Of a stretch of 64,000 bases of DNA, positions 62,414 through 64,000 are shown piece after piece (the stretch's first letter is position 1; each line of letters opens with the position of its first letter). The DNA lies in assembly GCA_040220235.1 (NCBI GenBank), contig JAVJTO010000030.1; one strand, written 5' to 3'. A program made the translations under genes and the position numbers. This DNA comes from Coleofasciculus sp. B1-GNL1-01. GTDB taxonomy: Bacteria; Cyanobacteriota; Cyanobacteriia; Cyanobacteriales; Coleofasciculaceae. The notes under the pieces are model-generated. The model worked only from the letters and a program-made list of their open reading frames with translations, searched no databases and was not told where the DNA came from.

Positions 62414-63805
62414 ATGATGGTTAAATCTTACCGCCGACTGATTCTGTCCTTTATCATCATGGTTGGTCTGGTATTCGTGACCTCCTTTCAGTCCGTTGCC
62501 CAGGCTAGTGATGATGTCGTCAATGTCTATTTCTTCCACAGCAAAACCTGCCCCCATTGCCTCGAGCAAAAGCCGTTAATGACTTATATCGATCAACACA
62601 ATAAAAATGTTGAGGTTACGTCGCTTGAGGTTAACGACAATCCCAGGGAATGGCAGGAATTCCAAAAAGCCCGGGGAATCTCGTCCGGCGCTGTTCCCAG
62701 GACTGTAGTTAAGGACAAAATGTTCATTGGCTATAGTGAAGCCGAAGGACCCTTGGAATACACTCCAGTTCATCAAGCTTATATCGGCTACAAAAACCAA
62801 ATTATTGCAGCGATAGAAACAGCCGTCGGATCTCCACTCAATTTACCCACAACTGATCAACAGCAACAAACTAAGACCAGCCCCCCGTGGCAGGTCTTTT
62901 TAATCCCGTTCTGGTATCTCTGTAGTTATCCGTTTTTGAAAGACCAGCTTGAGAAACGACAAGGTAAACGCTATTGGATTGGCGGGTTGCTGGCAACAAC
63001 GATCATCAGTCTATTTGCGTTTCTTGCCCTCACCCCTGATGCTGTAATTAAAACCTTTGCCCAAGGGCTTCCCTTTCCCCTATTTGTCTCTACCATTGCC
63101 CTTGCCGATGGCTTTAACCCCTGTGCGTTTACGGTTTTAGTTATTCTGCTGTCGTTACTCACCTATACCCGCAGCCGCAAGGATATGACCTTGGTGGGGA
63201 CAACTTTTATTATCACATCAGCGGTGATGTATTTTATCTTTATCATGCTGATGGTCTTGGCGGGTTCAGTTTTCCTAGAAAACTATGGCGTTCGATTTAT
63301 GCAAATTCTGGGAATTCTGATTACTGGGGCGGGTCTAATCAATATCAAGGATTATTTTTGGTTTAAAAAATCTATCTCCTTATCCCTCTCGGAAAAACAA
63401 CAGTCAACGATCAATAAACGAGCGGGAACGATTGTCAGAAACCTGAGAAATGCTAAAGGCGATCGCAAGATGTTTCTGGCGGCATTAGCGGGGACGGTTC
63501 TATTAGCTGTCTTTGTCAATATTGTCGAACTTGGTTGTACAGCGATTCTGCCTGCGGTTTACATGACGGCGCTGTTACAGTACTGCTCCGATACAATTGG
63601 CTTGTGTCATATCTCGTGGACAGCGTTGTATGCCGCGATTTACATTATGCCGCTGTTGGCTATTTTAGGCAACTTTATCTATTCGTTTAAGTCCACTCGA
63701 CTCACTGAAAACCAAGGGAGAGTACTGAAACTGGTTGGCGGACTCTTTATGCTATTCTTTGGTCTGGCGATGATCTTTAAACCCCAGTTACTAACCCTTG
63801 GCTAG
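62414..63805 (+). CDS. glutaredoxin-like CxxC domain fused to DsbD/CcdA-like membrane domain
   Basis: Signal peptide, TCPHC, DGFNPCAF, VELGCTA, multiple TM helices. Confidence 0.85.
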   Translation: MMVKSYRRLILSFIIMVGLVFVTSFQSVAQASDDVVNVYFFHSKTCPHCLEQKPLMTYIDQHNKNVEVTSLEVNDNPREWQEFQKARGISSGAVPRTVVKDKMFIGYSEAEGPLEYTPVHQAYIGYKNQIIAAIETAVGSPLNLPTTDQQQQTKTSPPWQVFLIPFWYLCSYPFLKDQLEKRQGKRYWIGGLLATTIISLFAFLALTPDAVIKTFAQGLPFPLFVSTIALADGFNPCAFTVLVILLSLLTYTRSRKDMTLVGTTFIITSAVMYFIFIMLMVLAGSVFLENYGVRFMQILGILITGAGLINIKDYFWFKKSISLSLSEKQQSTINKRAGTIVRNLRNAKGDRKMFLAALAGTVLLAVFVNIVELGCTAILPAVYMTALLQYCSDTIGLCHISWTALYAAIYIMPLLAILGNFIYSFKSTRLTENQGRVLKLVGGLFMLFFGLAMIFKPQLLTLG

Positions 63806-63924
63806 GACTTATCGCCCAAGGCAGAAGGCTTAAGGGAAGAAGCTTCAAAGGAAAAAGTACCCAAATTATTAAGGGGGTAAAGTTTATTCTCCCCCTGTTT
63901 TCGCATTGTATGAGTGAATTCAAT

Positions 63925-64000
63925 TTAATAAGATAAGGGTGAAATTTCGTCGCCCAGCAGTGGTCCGTATAGGTTGGACATATCGTTTGTTTGATGCGTC
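63925..64000 (-). CDS. 3' end of a paralogue of the 61741-61932 protein (partial)
   Basis: Manual translation THQTNDMSNLYGPLLGDEISPLSY-stop vs SNLYGPLLGDEITPVANY. Confidence 0.75.
   Translation of the reverse strand, partial: THQTNDMSNLYGPLLGDEISPLSY

Overview
Genomic DNA from a filamentous cyanobacterium (dense HIP1 GCGATCGC sites, heptamer STRRs, REP/MITE-rich spacers; Coleofasciculus/Oscillatoriales-like by inference). The core genes are the MPBQ/MSBQ methyltransferase, a CHASE2 adenylate cyclase, peptide ABC components, two PstS-like proteins, a Crp regulator, csaB, a PAS kinase/response-regulator operon, a porin, an acylase and an SDR. Accessory material is interleaved with these. (1) An IS200/IS605-type tnpB element without tnpA. 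(2) The most striking item: a 565-bp ORF-less element with the same type of ends, inserted after TTTAT into a CHAT-domain gene. Removing it restores the reading frame. It carries its own sigma70 promoter and a predicted ~390-nt structured RNA, made of an omegaRNA-like 3' part plus an unexplained 5' domain. (3) An arginine-chemistry island: split ArgZ/AgrE, M20 amidohydrolase, divergent ArgG and a TauD dioxygenase around an HTH-NB-ARC-WD40 gene, partly HIP1-free. (4) A Septu-like ATPase-HNH pair. (5) Two RlaP-like nucleotidyltransferases with a nearby P-loop kinase. (6) A PIN toxin-antitoxin pair, an orphan Pvc16/DUF4255 gene, a Yfr2-like sRNA, a GGT with two in-frame deletions, and several pseudogene fragments and nested MITEs. 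No CRISPR array, rRNA or tRNA was found. All family assignments come from motif recognition by eye, not database searches.
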